64,000 bases of DNA from an uncultured Desulfospira sp. (GTDB lineage Bacteria > Desulfobacterota > Desulfobacteria > Desulfobacterales > Desulfobacteraceae), in the NCBI GenBank assembly GCA_963663165.1, contig OY760175.1:1568001-1632000 (forward strand). Reading direction: 5' to 3'. Made by a program: the position numbers and the translations under genes. Shown here piece by piece: positions 1 through 9,999 of the stretch (position 1 is its first letter; the number at the start of each line of letters is the position of its first letter). A model generated the notes under the pieces. The model was not told the DNA's origin. It did not search any database and saw only the letters and a program-made list of their open reading frames with translations.

Positions 1-1509
1 CATGTCAGCGTCCTGGAAATTGCCGCTTCGGTCTGTATCGGACTGCTGCTGCTGACCGTATCCGGCCTGCTGTTTACCAAGCTGCTGGGATCTGATGCCG
101 CGCCCATCCGAAGCCCCCTTTTATCGGGGATCACCTTTATTGTCTTTGCCGTTGCCTCCTATCTTATCAGCACCTTTGAAACCCAGATGGGAAAAACCCA
201 GGCCTCTTTAGGGCTGATATCCGACGGCATGCACGCCAAAGCGGACATGCTCGCCTCTTTGCTCACTGGACTGAGCCTGATCCTCTATGCCATGGGCGTG
301 AACATTGATAAGTGGATGGCCGGGGCTGTTGCCACGGTTATGCTGCTTCTGTCTTTAGATACTTTTGTGAATGCCTTTAGGGTGGTTAAGGACAAAAATG
401 GAAAATCACTCTATAACTACCGTTTTTTAAATGCCATCCTGTCGGTTTTCACCATGGACAATCTAACCCGGCTGCCCCGGTACGGCCATGCCTTTCTGGT
501 TAACCGGCTGGGGGACAGGGCAAGGGTTACACGGTTATACAACGTCTGTTTATTCATCCCCGTGGCGTATATTTTGTATGTTTACGGCTCAACCGCCTGT
601 TACACGGTAGCCGTCAATGAGACCGCCATTGTCGAGCGGTTCGGCAGCCCCTCGGGCAAGCCAATGGGACCGGGATTTCACCTGAAACTGCCCTGGCCCG
701 TGGACAAGGTGGTCAAGGTCGGGTCGGCTTCCATCCGAAGCCTTGATATCGGCAATACCGCTTCAACCCGGCAAGCCTTTATCTGGACCGTAAAGCACGG
801 CAGTGAAGAAGCCTTTCTAACGGGGAACAACAACTTCTTTTACCCTTATATCACCCTTCATTACCGGATCAGAGACCCGTTTAAATTTCTTTACAACCAC
901 CGTGATCCCGAGCAGTTGCTCAATGAGGTGGGACACAGGGCAGCGGTCTGTCTGTTTGCCGGGCAGTCCTTTTATGATATTGCCACCACAAAGCGGGGCC
1001 TGCTCCAGGAAAAAATGAAACAGTCCATCCAGCAATCCCTGAACCGCCATGACAGCGGTATTGAACTGGTCAGCGTCAACTTCAGGGACATCCACCCGCC
1101 CATTTCCATTGCCAAATCCTTTGAAGAGGTGGTGGCCGCCTTTCAGGACAAACAGGAAACCATCAACCAGGCCATCGGGTATGCCAACAGCGTGATTCCC
1201 CAGTCCCGGGGTGATGCCGACAAAAATGTCCAGTCGGCCCGGGGCTACAGTGTTCACCGCTTAAGCCAAGCCCAGGGCGAGGCCAGGCGGTTTGAACTGC
1301 GGTTGCCGGCCACCCATGCCGAAAAGAATATTTCCATGGAACGGCTCTACCGGGAAACCATGACCCAGGTCTTAAAAGACAAAACCAAAATCATTGTGGA
1401 TCCCAATGCCGGAATCCCGGACATCTGGATGAACTTTAACAACACCGAGTCTAATTTTTCAGAGGTCTGGTCCAGGTCCGACAGGGAACCAGATGATAAA
1501 GGACGGTAA
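1..1509 (+). CDS. Cation-diffusion-facilitator (CDF)-like membrane domain fused to HflK/SPFH domain (5'-partial)
   Basis: The frame is open from base 1 (HVSVLEIAASVCIGLLLL...). It has several TM helices with a CDF TM5-like motif (ISDGMHAKADMLASL, HxxxD), then an SPFH/HflK region (AIVERFG...PGFHLKLPWPVDKV, DIHPP, SFEEVVAA, IPQSRGDA). Confidence 0.75.
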   Translation, partial: HVSVLEIAASVCIGLLLLTVSGLLFTKLLGSDAAPIRSPLLSGITFIVFAVASYLISTFETQMGKTQASLGLISDGMHAKADMLASLLTGLSLILYAMGVNIDKWMAGAVATVMLLLSLDTFVNAFRVVKDKNGKSLYNYRFLNAILSVFTMDNLTRLPRYGHAFLVNRLGDRARVTRLYNVCLFIPVAYILYVYGSTACYTVAVNETAIVERFGSPSGKPMGPGFHLKLPWPVDKVVKVGSASIRSLDIGNTASTRQAFIWTVKHGSEEAFLTGNNNFFYPYITLHYRIRDPFKFLYNHRDPEQLLNEVGHRAAVCLFAGQSFYDIATTKRGLLQEKMKQSIQQSLNRHDSGIELVSVNFRDIHPPISIAKSFEEVVAAFQDKQETINQAIGYANSVIPQSRGDADKNVQSARGYSVHRLSQAQGEARRFELRLPATHAEKNISMERLYRETMTQVLKDKTKIIVDPNAGIPDIWMNFNNTESNFSEVWSRSDREPDDKGR

Positions 1510-1510
1510 A

Positions 1511-2392
1511 ATGAAATATATCATCCCCGCCATTTTGATCATTACAGCCCTTTCCTATCTTAGCACCTATACGGTATCCCAGAGGGAATATGTGGTCCTG
1601 ACACGGTTCGGCAAGCCCTGCGGCACCATCAGCACACCCGGGCTTCATGCCAAGCGGCCCGGTTTTCTGGAAACAGTAAACCGCATCGAAAGAAGGGCCC
1701 ATATGTTCAACACCAACCCCATTCAGCTGCTGCTCGGGGATAAAAACCCTATTATCATCACCTGTTATATCTGCTGGCGGGTCAAGGATCCCCTGCTGTT
1801 TTTTCAGTCCCTTTTAAACAGCGACATTGCCACCCAGAAACTGTCGGACATGGTCAATTCACAAATGGGCAATGCCTTGGGGGAATTTAAGCTTGATCAT
1901 ATCATTAACACGGACGCCTCACAGGTCAGGCTTGCCGATCTTGAACAGCAGATCCTGGCCAAAACCAATGCCGGCGCCGTTGGCCGGTACGGCATTGAGG
2001 TCATGGACATCGGAATCCGGCGGCTGGCCTACCCGTCGGTGGTGGCGGACGCGGTTTACAACCGGATGCGCTCGGAACGGCTGAAGGAAGCCAAAAAATT
2101 CCGGGCTGAAGGCAAGGAAGAGGCTACCAAAATAAAGGCCAAAGCAGACCGGGAGGCCAAGGAAATCATGGCCCAGGCATTCAAAGAGTCTGAAATTCTC
2201 AAGGGCGAAGGGGACAGAAAGGCGCTGGAGATTTATGCCAATGCTTATACCAAGGACAAAGCCTTTTTTGAATTTTTAAAATCCATGGAGGTCTATAAGG
2301 ATATTCTGGATAACCGGAGCACGGTTATCTTGTCCACTGATTCGGATATTTTTAAATATTTTAATCAATTGCAAGGAACAGAAGCACAATGA
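1511..2392 (+). CDS. hflC: HflC-like SPFH protease modulator
   Basis: YTVSQREYVVLTRFGKP, VYNRMRSER, AEILKGEGD-like segment, FFEFLKSMEVY. ATG at 1511 follows an AAGGA-like RBS. Confidence 0.85.
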   Translation: MKYIIPAILIITALSYLSTYTVSQREYVVLTRFGKPCGTISTPGLHAKRPGFLETVNRIERRAHMFNTNPIQLLLGDKNPIIITCYICWRVKDPLLFFQSLLNSDIATQKLSDMVNSQMGNALGEFKLDHIINTDASQVRLADLEQQILAKTNAGAVGRYGIEVMDIGIRRLAYPSVVADAVYNRMRSERLKEAKKFRAEGKEEATKIKAKADREAKEIMAQAFKESEILKGEGDRKALEIYANAYTKDKAFFEFLKSMEVYKDILDNRSTVILSTDSDIFKYFNQLQGTEAQ

Positions 2393-3387
2393 CCCCCCCG
2401 GCCGCCACCCCGTTAAAACCCACCTTCCACCTGGCCTTAAGGCATGCCTGGCTGTTTTCCCGGTTTATTCTGGCCGGTCTTGCCCTGCTCTACCTGCTGT
2501 CGGGAGTTTTTTCCGTCTCACAAAATGAAATCGGTGTCCACATTCGCTTGGGCCGTATCATCAACGGCCATGTTCAGCCCGGGATCCATTACCGGCTGCC
2601 CTGGCCCTTTGATTCAGTGGCAAAGGTGGCGGTCCGGGAGGTCAAACGGGTGGTTATTGATGAGTTTGAACTCTCGCCTGCCCCAAAAGGAGAGGCAAAG
2701 CCGCCGCCGGACAGTTTTGCCGCCATGACCGGGCTGGACTCCTACTGCATCACCGGAGATAACAACCTGGCAACGGTCAGCTGCATTATCCAGTACACGG
2801 TGTTTAACCCGTCCGAATACCTGTTCAGCCATATGGACCCCGAAGGAATGCTCAAAAACCTGGCCTGCAAGTCCATTCTCCACTGCCTGGCCGCCATGCC
2901 CATCGACGACATCCTGACCAAAGGCAAACAGGCCGTGGCCAGCACCATTCAGCAAAAGCTGCAAACAGAGCTTGGCCAGATGAAAACCGGTATCAACATC
3001 TCCTCTGTAGAGATAAAGAACATCAGCCCGCCGGCCCGGGTGGCCAAATACTTTTCAGAAGTGGCCAAGGCCTCCATTGAACGGGAAAAAAGCATCAACG
3101 AGGCCCAGTCCTACCAAAACGAAGTCTTTTCCAAAGCCAAGGCCCAGGCCCGCGAACAAATGGAAGAAGCCAGCGGATATAAAAAAGAGGCCATCCTGAT
3201 GGCCCAGGGAAAGACCGAGCGGTTCAACCAGCTTTTAGAACAGGCCGGGGAAAAGGGCAGCCTCACCTGGAAACTGCTCTATGCCGAATCCATGATTCAG
3301 ATCATGAAAAGCGTGGGCAAAAAGCACATTGTCCAGACCAACAAGGACGGCCGTCCTGCGGTTAACCTTAAGATCAACACGCCTTAA
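2389..3387 (+). CDS. hflK: HflK-like SPFH protease modulator
   Basis: N-terminal TM helix, PGIHYRLPWPF, ITGDNN, ISPP, INEAQSYQN, AQGKTERF. Overlaps the hflC stop (ATGA). Confidence 0.8.
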   Translation: MTPPAATPLKPTFHLALRHAWLFSRFILAGLALLYLLSGVFSVSQNEIGVHIRLGRIINGHVQPGIHYRLPWPFDSVAKVAVREVKRVVIDEFELSPAPKGEAKPPPDSFAAMTGLDSYCITGDNNLATVSCIIQYTVFNPSEYLFSHMDPEGMLKNLACKSILHCLAAMPIDDILTKGKQAVASTIQQKLQTELGQMKTGINISSVEIKNISPPARVAKYFSEVAKASIEREKSINEAQSYQNEVFSKAKAQAREQMEEASGYKKEAILMAQGKTERFNQLLEQAGEKGSLTWKLLYAESMIQIMKSVGKKHIVQTNKDGRPAVNLKINTP

Positions 3388-3430
3388 GCATACGTTAAAA
3401 TATTCGTATAAAATCAAATGATTAGATCCA

Positions 3431-3491
3431 CAAACATTTCTCTAACACCATATTTATATTCTAATAATCCCCCCTTAACAAATCCCTAATT
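3431..3491 (+). promoter_or_regulatory. 11-bp-period direct repeat array (Pho-box/OmpR-family-like operator candidate)
   Basis: Hexamers caaaca(3431), ctaaca(3442), tttata(3453), ataatc(3464), ttaaca(3475), ctaatt(3486) lie exactly 11 bp apart upstream of the 3630 gene. Confidence 0.4.
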
Positions 3492-3629
3492 TCATTGGGA
3501 TAAACTCGTTTCGACCGCCGGGAAAGGGCTGGCATCCGGAAAAGCTGAAATTTTAGCACCAGGATGCTAGGAATCCTGGCAAGTTAAGTTTGAAAGATTA
3601 TCTAATTTACTTTAAGGAGGACGAGCAAG

Positions 3630-4271
3630 ATGAAACGGGTATTATTAATTGCAGCAGCACTTTTATTTCTGGCCGGCAGCGCTCAGGCTGCCACCACGCT
3701 TACTTACGGTTGGGAAGACGGCGAGACGATTCTGGGAAGTTATAGTAGCATCACAGCCACCAATGATGATGAGCATGTGTATAGTGGGAGCTACAGTCTG
3801 AAATTAGTTGACGGCGGTGAATCTGGAACACCCCAGGCGTATGTGGCCTGGATTACCGGGCTCAGTGATGGCGATACGGTTACTGCAGGTTTCTGGGTTT
3901 ATGACACCACTAGCGGCTCACCTTCTGGCAGAATCTGGGGACATTATACAGACGATGACACTGACATTGACAGCTATGTAAAAAGTGCCTCTGGGAATAA
4001 CACTTACAGTGGTACAGACGGCACCTGGACTTACCTTGAATATACTTGGACTTTTGATTCTTCAAGCTCCAATGGTCTGGTAATTGAAGCAAGGACTTAT
4101 TCAAGTTCAGGAGACACTATCTGGGTAGACGACATCACAGTTACCGCGCCGGATGGGGCTACGATCATGTTCGCAGGCGGGGCAGCAGCTACTGTTCCCG
4201 TTCCCAGCGCTATGCTGCTGTTAGGTTCCGGCCTTGTAGCCCTGGCTGGCATTCGCAGAAAAAATGCATAA
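3630..4271 (+). CDS. PEP-CTERM/VPLPA-CTERM sorting-signal surface protein with carbohydrate-binding-like beta-sandwich
   Basis: Signal peptide (..SAQA), Ser/Thr/Asp/Gly-rich body, C-terminal VPVPSAMLLLGSGLVALAGIRRKNA. Strong RBS AAGGAGG. Confidence 0.85.
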   Translation: MKRVLLIAAALLFLAGSAQAATTLTYGWEDGETILGSYSSITATNDDEHVYSGSYSLKLVDGGESGTPQAYVAWITGLSDGDTVTAGFWVYDTTSGSPSGRIWGHYTDDDTDIDSYVKSASGNNTYSGTDGTWTYLEYTWTFDSSSSNGLVIEARTYSSSGDTIWVDDITVTAPDGATIMFAGGAAATVPVPSAMLLLGSGLVALAGIRRKNA

Positions 4272-4298
4272 CCACAGGCAAGTGTAAACTTAAGTCCG

Positions 4299-4424
4299 GT
4301 AGGGCGGGCAAAAGCGCAGCGTTGCCCGCCATTTGCATGCAGAACACGTTATGGGCAAATAATAAAATCAAATGGCCTGAATTTATTGACGAACGGTGGG
4401 CACAAAAAGCGTGCCCACCCTTAC
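4299..4424. repeat. REP/REPIN-like element (GTAG..TAC ends, two GC-rich hairpins)
   Basis: gtagggcgggca...tgcccgcc and ggtgggcac...gtgcccacccttac, inverted relative to each other. Confidence 0.55.
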
Positions 4425-4455
4425 CCGGCCAAGCCTATAATCGGCACAAAAATCT

Positions 4456-4489
4456 AAGGCCGGCGGGAATTTCCCGCCGGCCTTTTTTT
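4456..4489 (+). terminator. Rho-independent terminator
   Basis: aaggccggcgggaa-t-ttcccgccggcctt stem followed by a T run. Confidence 0.85.
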
Positions 4490-4514
4490 GCTTCACCGCC
4501 CTTAACTCCATATC

Positions 4515-4889
4515 TTAAATAACGGCTTTAAACTCAATTTTTTCATCTGAGAACGTCGCTTCAATCACTTTATGCACGCCATGTCCGGGATTTGGCTCTT
4601 TAAAAATTTTAACCAACTGATATTGTGATAATATTTTCAGATCATTATTAAGACTTACCGGTGTGCGCCCCATATCCGACATCAGTTGGGAAAAAACAAC
4701 TTTTTTCTTTATCCTCAGGTATTGTATGAGTCTGGTTCTTTCCGGCTTTAGTATGGCCATTAAATCTGAGGGATCAATCCATATGGTATTTTTAGGGGTT
4801 AATCTGCATCCCTCATCTATCTGTTTGGCGGTTTCTCTGGCTGACGTAAAAAAATCGGAAAGCGCCCCTGATTTTATCTCAATAGTCAT
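4515..4889 (-). CDS. HTH antitoxin-like transcriptional regulator (HVO_A0114-like)
   Basis: DLMAILKPERTRLIQYL..helix-turn-helix..KEPNPGHG. Translationally coupled to the upstream DUF6516-like gene. Confidence 0.65.
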   Translation of the reverse strand: MTIEIKSGALSDFFTSARETAKQIDEGCRLTPKNTIWIDPSDLMAILKPERTRLIQYLRIKKKVVFSQLMSDMGRTPVSLNNDLKILSQYQLVKIFKEPNPGHGVHKVIEATFSDEKIEFKAVI

Positions 4890-5203
4890 TTTATGAACTC
4901 CCTTATTTCTTTTTCAAATTTTTCAACAAGTTCATAATAACTTGTAAAATCATCCATCTGTGTTATCTCTCCAAAGTAATGCCTGTGGTGAAAATGATGC
5001 GTATTATCATAGCCTAAGACCCTGCCGTTGTCCCCAGAGAAAATAAGATGATTAATATAGGCCATGCTGTACTTTACTATTTCACCCTGCTCATTCTCCC
5101 ATGCATCGATTTTGACAATTCCGCCACCCCTTTTGGGATTTATGGGAAATTGTTCAGATACCACTTTTTTAAACTTCACCCTACCCGGCCGTCTAAATCT
5201 CAT
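4886..5203 (-). CDS. DUF6516/TumE-like toxin of a putative TA pair
   Basis: KYSMAYI...GRVLGYDNTHHFHHRHYFG motif. AT-rich two-gene cassette. Confidence 0.65.
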   Translation of the reverse strand: MRFRRPGRVKFKKVVSEQFPINPKRGGGIVKIDAWENEQGEIVKYSMAYINHLIFSGDNGRVLGYDNTHHFHHRHYFGEITQMDDFTSYYELVEKFEKEIREFIK

Positions 5204-5343
5204 TTAATCATATTATCAGCCATAAAATATATTGTAAACCTGATTTTCAGTTGTTTTGAGATTGCTTTACCGGGATAGGATTTCATCAGACTGATGAAAA
5301 TACTTGCAGGGAAATATGGAACTTGAAAGGAAGGGGGTACGGT

Positions 5344-5378
5344 ACATGGGAACGGCGCAACAACCGCCGCTCCCATGT
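5344..5378 (-). terminator. Hairpin downstream of the nucleotidase gene (probable terminator)
   Basis: acatgggaacggcg...cgccgctcccatgt inverted repeat about 20 bp after the stop. Confidence 0.5.
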
Positions 5379-5398
5379 GAAGGTTTAAACGTTATTCA

Positions 5399-8300
5399 TT
5401 AAGCATTTTTACGGCGAACCATCATCAATACCCCGACCAGGATCAGGGCCAGGGCCGTCACCAGGCCGCCCACAAGGTTCATGGCCGGCACCGGGGTGCT
5501 GTCTGAACTACCGGTGATAAAGCTCCAGATTTCCGAAGTGACGGTTTCAATGCCATCCGTGACCTCAACATACCAGCTCTTTTCCGTCCCCGCCGTCAGG
5601 CCTTCCCAAACCACACTCGCACTGCTGCCTGATGCAACACCCGTCTGAGAATCAATCAGATCCTTAGACTCACCGTCATAAAAGAAAACGTCCAGGGTCT
5701 GGTCGTCCGCATCTGAGACGGTTACGGTCAGGGTCGCGCTGGTTATGTCCGGGGTGGTGGTTCCGCTGTCTACCGAAGGCACACTGTTGGTTGTGGTGAA
5801 CGTGGACAGCGCGGATGTGGTTTCCCCGGTTCCGTCAGTGGCCACCGTATACCAGCTGTAAATGGTGGCGTCGCTTAACCCGGTCCAGGCCACGGATGCG
5901 GTGGTTCCGGATGCCACATTTTCCACACAGTCGATCAGGGTGCCGCCTTCAGCGTAGAAACAAACGTCTACCGCATCCCCGTCACTGTCGACAACATCTA
6001 CGGTCAGCCAGACATTTGAATCCACACCGGCAGTGCCGTTGGCAATGCTTGAAGCCGGGGTCACAGCGGCCAGGGTGTTTGAACCGGAGATGTAGCGAAC
6101 CGAAGCATCGGCTTTGACCGGTGCGTCTTCTACGTTTTCATCCGCATCAGTGGCAATGGAGTAGAATTCGAAATACCCGTAGTCTCCTGCTTCATCGCCA
6201 TCCACATCATAATCAAACGCCATGGACCAGTCGTCTGAGGAATCCGTGTCCTCGCCAATGAGGGTCCAGTCGCCCCAGGTTACGCCATCCGTGGAATAGC
6301 GGTAGTAGAACGCCACTTTGGTGGGTGCCACATCTTCCCCGCTGCCCGCCTCAACTTCATAGGAGACTTCCAGGGAAGGCGCGTATGAGGTGCTGTACTC
6401 CTTGGCGTCAAAATTATAAACCAATTTCGTGGCGCTGCTTTCTACAGTCGGTTTCAGGACAAAAGAGAGAATATCATCTTCGAGTGTCACTTGACTTTGA
6501 ACAAAGGAAGCCACACTCCATTCATACCACTTTGCACTTCCCTCAACGAGAGTGACCTCATCTTCCGCCGTTTCTTCATAAGCGGGCTGACCATCCCAGT
6601 CAAGGGCACTTTCCGTCCAGGTATCATCTGTGCAGCCGTGTACTGAGGCCGCCATATCCCCGCCCTGATTATATGTCCACCACTGGTAAAGGCTTAGCGT
6701 GGCTGAAGTAACCGTTGCTCCGGCGGGTACCTTTCCATCCAGATCGAACTTCACCCAAATGCGCTCGTTTTCATAACCGCTGTTGTAGCTTTGCAGATAC
6801 AAATTAGTTGCACTGCCGTATGTATAGGCCGGGTGTCCCTCGGCCACCTGGGTATCGGCACTGGCAGTCACAACCACCGTGCCGCTTCCTTCACCGCTGG
6901 TATCCGAAGCTGTGGCGGTCAGCGTAATGGAGGATTCAGTTGTGGTTGAAGTGCTGATGGCATCCACGGAACTGGTGGCCGGATAGCCGGTGACATCCTG
7001 GTCGGAAGCAATGGCCGCCGTGTGGCAGCGGAACCTGCGGTCGGTATAGTCCTCAACGGTCTGGACACCGGTCAGTTCAAGGACATCCCCCACCTCGCCG
7101 GGCAGGGTTTTGGTGTAGTAGGCATCGCCCTGGTAAATGGTCTGGGTGTTACCGTCGGCATCCACTACCGAGTTGTCACCGGTTTTTTTCACGTAGATTT
7201 TCACATAATGGTTTTCATGCCATTCATCCCAGAAAGAGGCAAAGTTGGGCATGGTCTCGGGACGGGCCAGGGTTTCGTCATGGCCCACAATCTCGATCTC
7301 AACACCGTCGGATACAATACCTTCTTCACTGATGAACTCGGGTACTCCCTCATAAAATCCGCCTTCACCCCATATCTCGATGATGTCGCCGTGCTGATAC
7401 TTGCCGTCCAGGAACCCGAGAAAACCCCGGTAAAGCATGGTGTCTGAGAACTGGTGTTCCTTGTTGATGGAGCCGTCAGAGTTGACCAGATCGCTTAAGC
7501 CGTATTTTCCCCGGCGCAGCAAGGTCTCATCCGTGGCGGACAACAGCCGGATAAAGCCGTCCTCATGGTAGGGCTGGCTTTCGGTATCGGCAACAAAGAG
7601 GACAACGGCCCTGAACCCGCCGGCAAGCTCGGTGTCCAGATCGTACCGGTCTTCAATGCCGTTGGCATACATGGGACTTTCTTCGGTGTACTGGGCCGTG
7701 TAATCAATCACAGCCTGACGGATGTCCAAGGCTGTTTCAACTTCATTGGAAAAGGAGATGTCTGACTCGTGTTCCGCCATGTAGTCGCTGATAATGACTT
7801 TAAAAGTAGCGGTCTTCCCGATTTCAGTTCCATTATAGGTAATACTTGATATGGCCCCGTCCTGGGCGGTCACTTTCCAGCCGGCTGAGATGGAGGTGCC
7901 GCAGTAATCAGACTGAATGAAATCCCAGATCTGCTGGCCGGTCATCTCGACCTGTACCATAATATTGTCGCTCCAGGGATAGGCCTCATAAATTTCGTTG
8001 TAGGTGATGGGGCCCTTGGGCACATCCCGGCGGATGCTGCCGCCACTCTGGATGGCCAGGTCCGCATCAATTTCATTTTGTTCCATGTACCAGACCATGG
8101 CGTCGGTGATCCAGGCACCCACAGCATTGGTGGCGTTCCAGGGATATTCGCTTACCGTCCACCACTTGTCTTTGTCCATGAGCAGGTCAACGGCGGAATA
8201 GCCGATCACCTGGTCCAGGGCATAGGCGGGGGCGGGCGTCGTGTTATTGTAATCACTGATCAGGCCGTCAATAATTGTCTGCACAGCCGTATTGGGGGTA

Positions 8301-9790
8301 ATTTCAGAACAGCGGATGGCATGTTTGGTGGCATTCACATACCGGCCCTCTCCGGTGACTTCCAGCTCGCCGATATACTGCATGTAGGAGGCCGCTTCCA
8401 CCATGGTGGTTTTGTAGTTGAGCTGGGCCGGCTGCCAGGCCTTTTCATCCCAGGTGTGCCAGTGGCCCGACACCACCACTTCCGGCGGGTCCACGCCGCC
8501 GGAATCTTCAATCAGGGCATCACTGCCCGACACGATCCGGGTCTGGCCGATGTGGGACAAGAGAACCACCACGTCACATTCCTGCTCTTCGCGCAGTTCC
8601 TGCACATAATCCTTGATATTGATGGTGCTTGCGTCGTCATCATCCCAGACCGCCGTGACCACGTCGATAACGCCTTCGGTGGTCTCCCCCAGGTGAGAGG
8701 AGGTATCGGTGGTGTAGCCCAGAATACCTACCTTGACCCCATTTTCCAGAGTGACGACGTTATAGGCGGAAAAATACGGTGCTGTGGTTCCTTCAGAGCA
8801 GATATTCATGGAAATAATGGGCAGGCCGCTGTTGGTCATGTTGTTCAGGTAGGACATATACCGCACGTCATGGTTGCCCACCACGATGGCGTCAATACCG
8901 CGGCCGCCCAGAGCCTTCAACTGCGTGTCCAGGGAGCTGTAAAATGATAGCATTCCGCGGTTGCCGTCCAGGTCGCCCAAAGGACTGCCTTCGGAAATAT
9001 CTCCGGCATCCAGCACCAGAGAAATGGGATCGGCTGTCTTCAGCTCGATCATCTTGGTGGCCATGTACGCGGCACCGCCCGCCTTTTCCAGAACCGGGAA
9101 ATCGTCCTGTCCCGGAAAGTCAAAATCATGGGGAACCAGACGGGAATGGACATCGTTGACATGAAAAATTTTAAAGCTGTTTGCCGTGGACCATTCCCCT
9201 TCGTATTCAATGCGCAGCCGGGGGGCCAGGGAAGAAGAGTACTCCTTGCCGTCGAACACGAAGCTGACACTGGTGCCTGGCGCTTCGTCTGCGAGCTTGA
9301 CCATCACACTGACCACGCCGTCACCGGCATATTCGGTCTGCACGTGGCTGGTGACATCCCAGGTGTACCAGCGGTAATCATCACCGGCGTTCAGGGCCTG
9401 GGTGGAAATGGCCGTGCTGCTGTAGGTTGGTTGGGCAGCCCAGGTAATCTCGTCTTCCGTCCAGCCATCTTCAGCCGCGTGAGCCGTAGCATTCGGGCTT
9501 TCGGAACTATCTGCCCCATAGCAGTAAAGCAGCAGTGTGGCCGACGTAATGGTGGCCCCGGCGGGAAGCTCTCCATCCAGTTCAAATTTAACATAAATAC
9601 GTTCAGCGCCGTAAGTACTGGACCCGGCGCCCAGATACATAGAGGTTTTACTCCCGGAATTAGAGGTCGGATACCCCTCCACCACCTGGGAATCGGCGCT
9701 TGAGCCGATATTCACCTGACCGGCAAAGCCGGTGGCCGAAAACGCCAATAAGAAAAAAATTATCAAAAACTTGCGAATCCACTTAACCAT
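5399..9790 (-). CDS. Surface-anchored multidomain 5'-nucleotidase (DNRLRE/CBM96 - metallophosphoesterase - 5'-NT C-term - DNRLRE - Ig/FN3-like - CTERM)
   Basis: Signal peptide; metallophosphoesterase motifs NDVH, DAGD, GNHD, LSHIG, SGHWH; QSGGSIR; two ADxQV...ERIxVKFxL...ATxTSATL...WTE..xW..QP repeats; C-terminal VPAMNLVGGLVTALALILVGVLMMVRRKNA. Confidence 0.85.
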   Translation of the reverse strand: MVKWIRKFLIIFFLLAFSATGFAGQVNIGSSADSQVVEGYPTSNSGSKTSMYLGAGSSTYGAERIYVKFELDGELPAGATITSATLLLYCYGADSSESPNATAHAAEDGWTEDEITWAAQPTYSSTAISTQALNAGDDYRWYTWDVTSHVQTEYAGDGVVSVMVKLADEAPGTSVSFVFDGKEYSSSLAPRLRIEYEGEWSTANSFKIFHVNDVHSRLVPHDFDFPGQDDFPVLEKAGGAAYMATKMIELKTADPISLVLDAGDISEGSPLGDLDGNRGMLSFYSSLDTQLKALGGRGIDAIVVGNHDVRYMSYLNNMTNSGLPIISMNICSEGTTAPYFSAYNVVTLENGVKVGILGYTTDTSSHLGETTEGVIDVVTAVWDDDDASTINIKDYVQELREEQECDVVVLLSHIGQTRIVSGSDALIEDSGGVDPPEVVVSGHWHTWDEKAWQPAQLNYKTTMVEAASYMQYIGELEVTGEGRYVNATKHAIRCSEITPNTAVQTIIDGLISDYNNTTPAPAYALDQVIGYSAVDLLMDKDKWWTVSEYPWNATNAVGAWITDAMVWYMEQNEIDADLAIQSGGSIRRDVPKGPITYNEIYEAYPWSDNIMVQVEMTGQQIWDFIQSDYCGTSISAGWKVTAQDGAISSITYNGTEIGKTATFKVIISDYMAEHESDISFSNEVETALDIRQAVIDYTAQYTEESPMYANGIEDRYDLDTELAGGFRAVVLFVADTESQPYHEDGFIRLLSATDETLLRRGKYGLSDLVNSDGSINKEHQFSDTMLYRGFLGFLDGKYQHGDIIEIWGEGGFYEGVPEFISEEGIVSDGVEIEIVGHDETLARPETMPNFASFWDEWHENHYVKIYVKKTGDNSVVDADGNTQTIYQGDAYYTKTLPGEVGDVLELTGVQTVEDYTDRRFRCHTAAIASDQDVTGYPATSSVDAISTSTTTESSITLTATASDTSGEGSGTVVVTASADTQVAEGHPAYTYGSATNLYLQSYNSGYENERIWVKFDLDGKVPAGATVTSATLSLYQWWTYNQGGDMAASVHGCTDDTWTESALDWDGQPAYEETAEDEVTLVEGSAKWYEWSVASFVQSQVTLEDDILSFVLKPTVESSATKLVYNFDAKEYSTSYAPSLEVSYEVEAGSGEDVAPTKVAFYYRYSTDGVTWGDWTLIGEDTDSSDDWSMAFDYDVDGDEAGDYGYFEFYSIATDADENVEDAPVKADASVRYISGSNTLAAVTPASSIANGTAGVDSNVWLTVDVVDSDGDAVDVCFYAEGGTLIDCVENVASGTTASVAWTGLSDATIYSWYTVATDGTGETTSALSTFTTTNSVPSVDSGTTTPDITSATLTVTVSDADDQTLDVFFYDGESKDLIDSQTGVASGSSASVVWEGLTAGTEKSWYVEVTDGIETVTSEIWSFITGSSDSTPVPAMNLVGGLVTALALILVGVLMMVRRKNA

Positions 9791-9999
9791 TTACTGCCTC
9801 CTCCTTCAATAAAACGGCTGATCAGTCTTTATGGCTGAACAGCCCTGGTAATTTACGCTCTCTTAAAAAACTTTCTCTCAAATTGAATTTCCCATCAAAG
9901 AAGCCGCATTAAAAAAACGCAATTCTCAAGAGGGAACCCTCCTTCTTGCAGGATTTAAGATACCGGCTTACACATTGTCAAGTTAGTATAAAATTAGCA

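Noticed and set aside
3529..3546. Sigma-54 promoter (TGGCA...GC) upstream of the PEP-CTERM gene
   Set aside because: GG-to-GC spacing is 11 rather than the required 10 nt.
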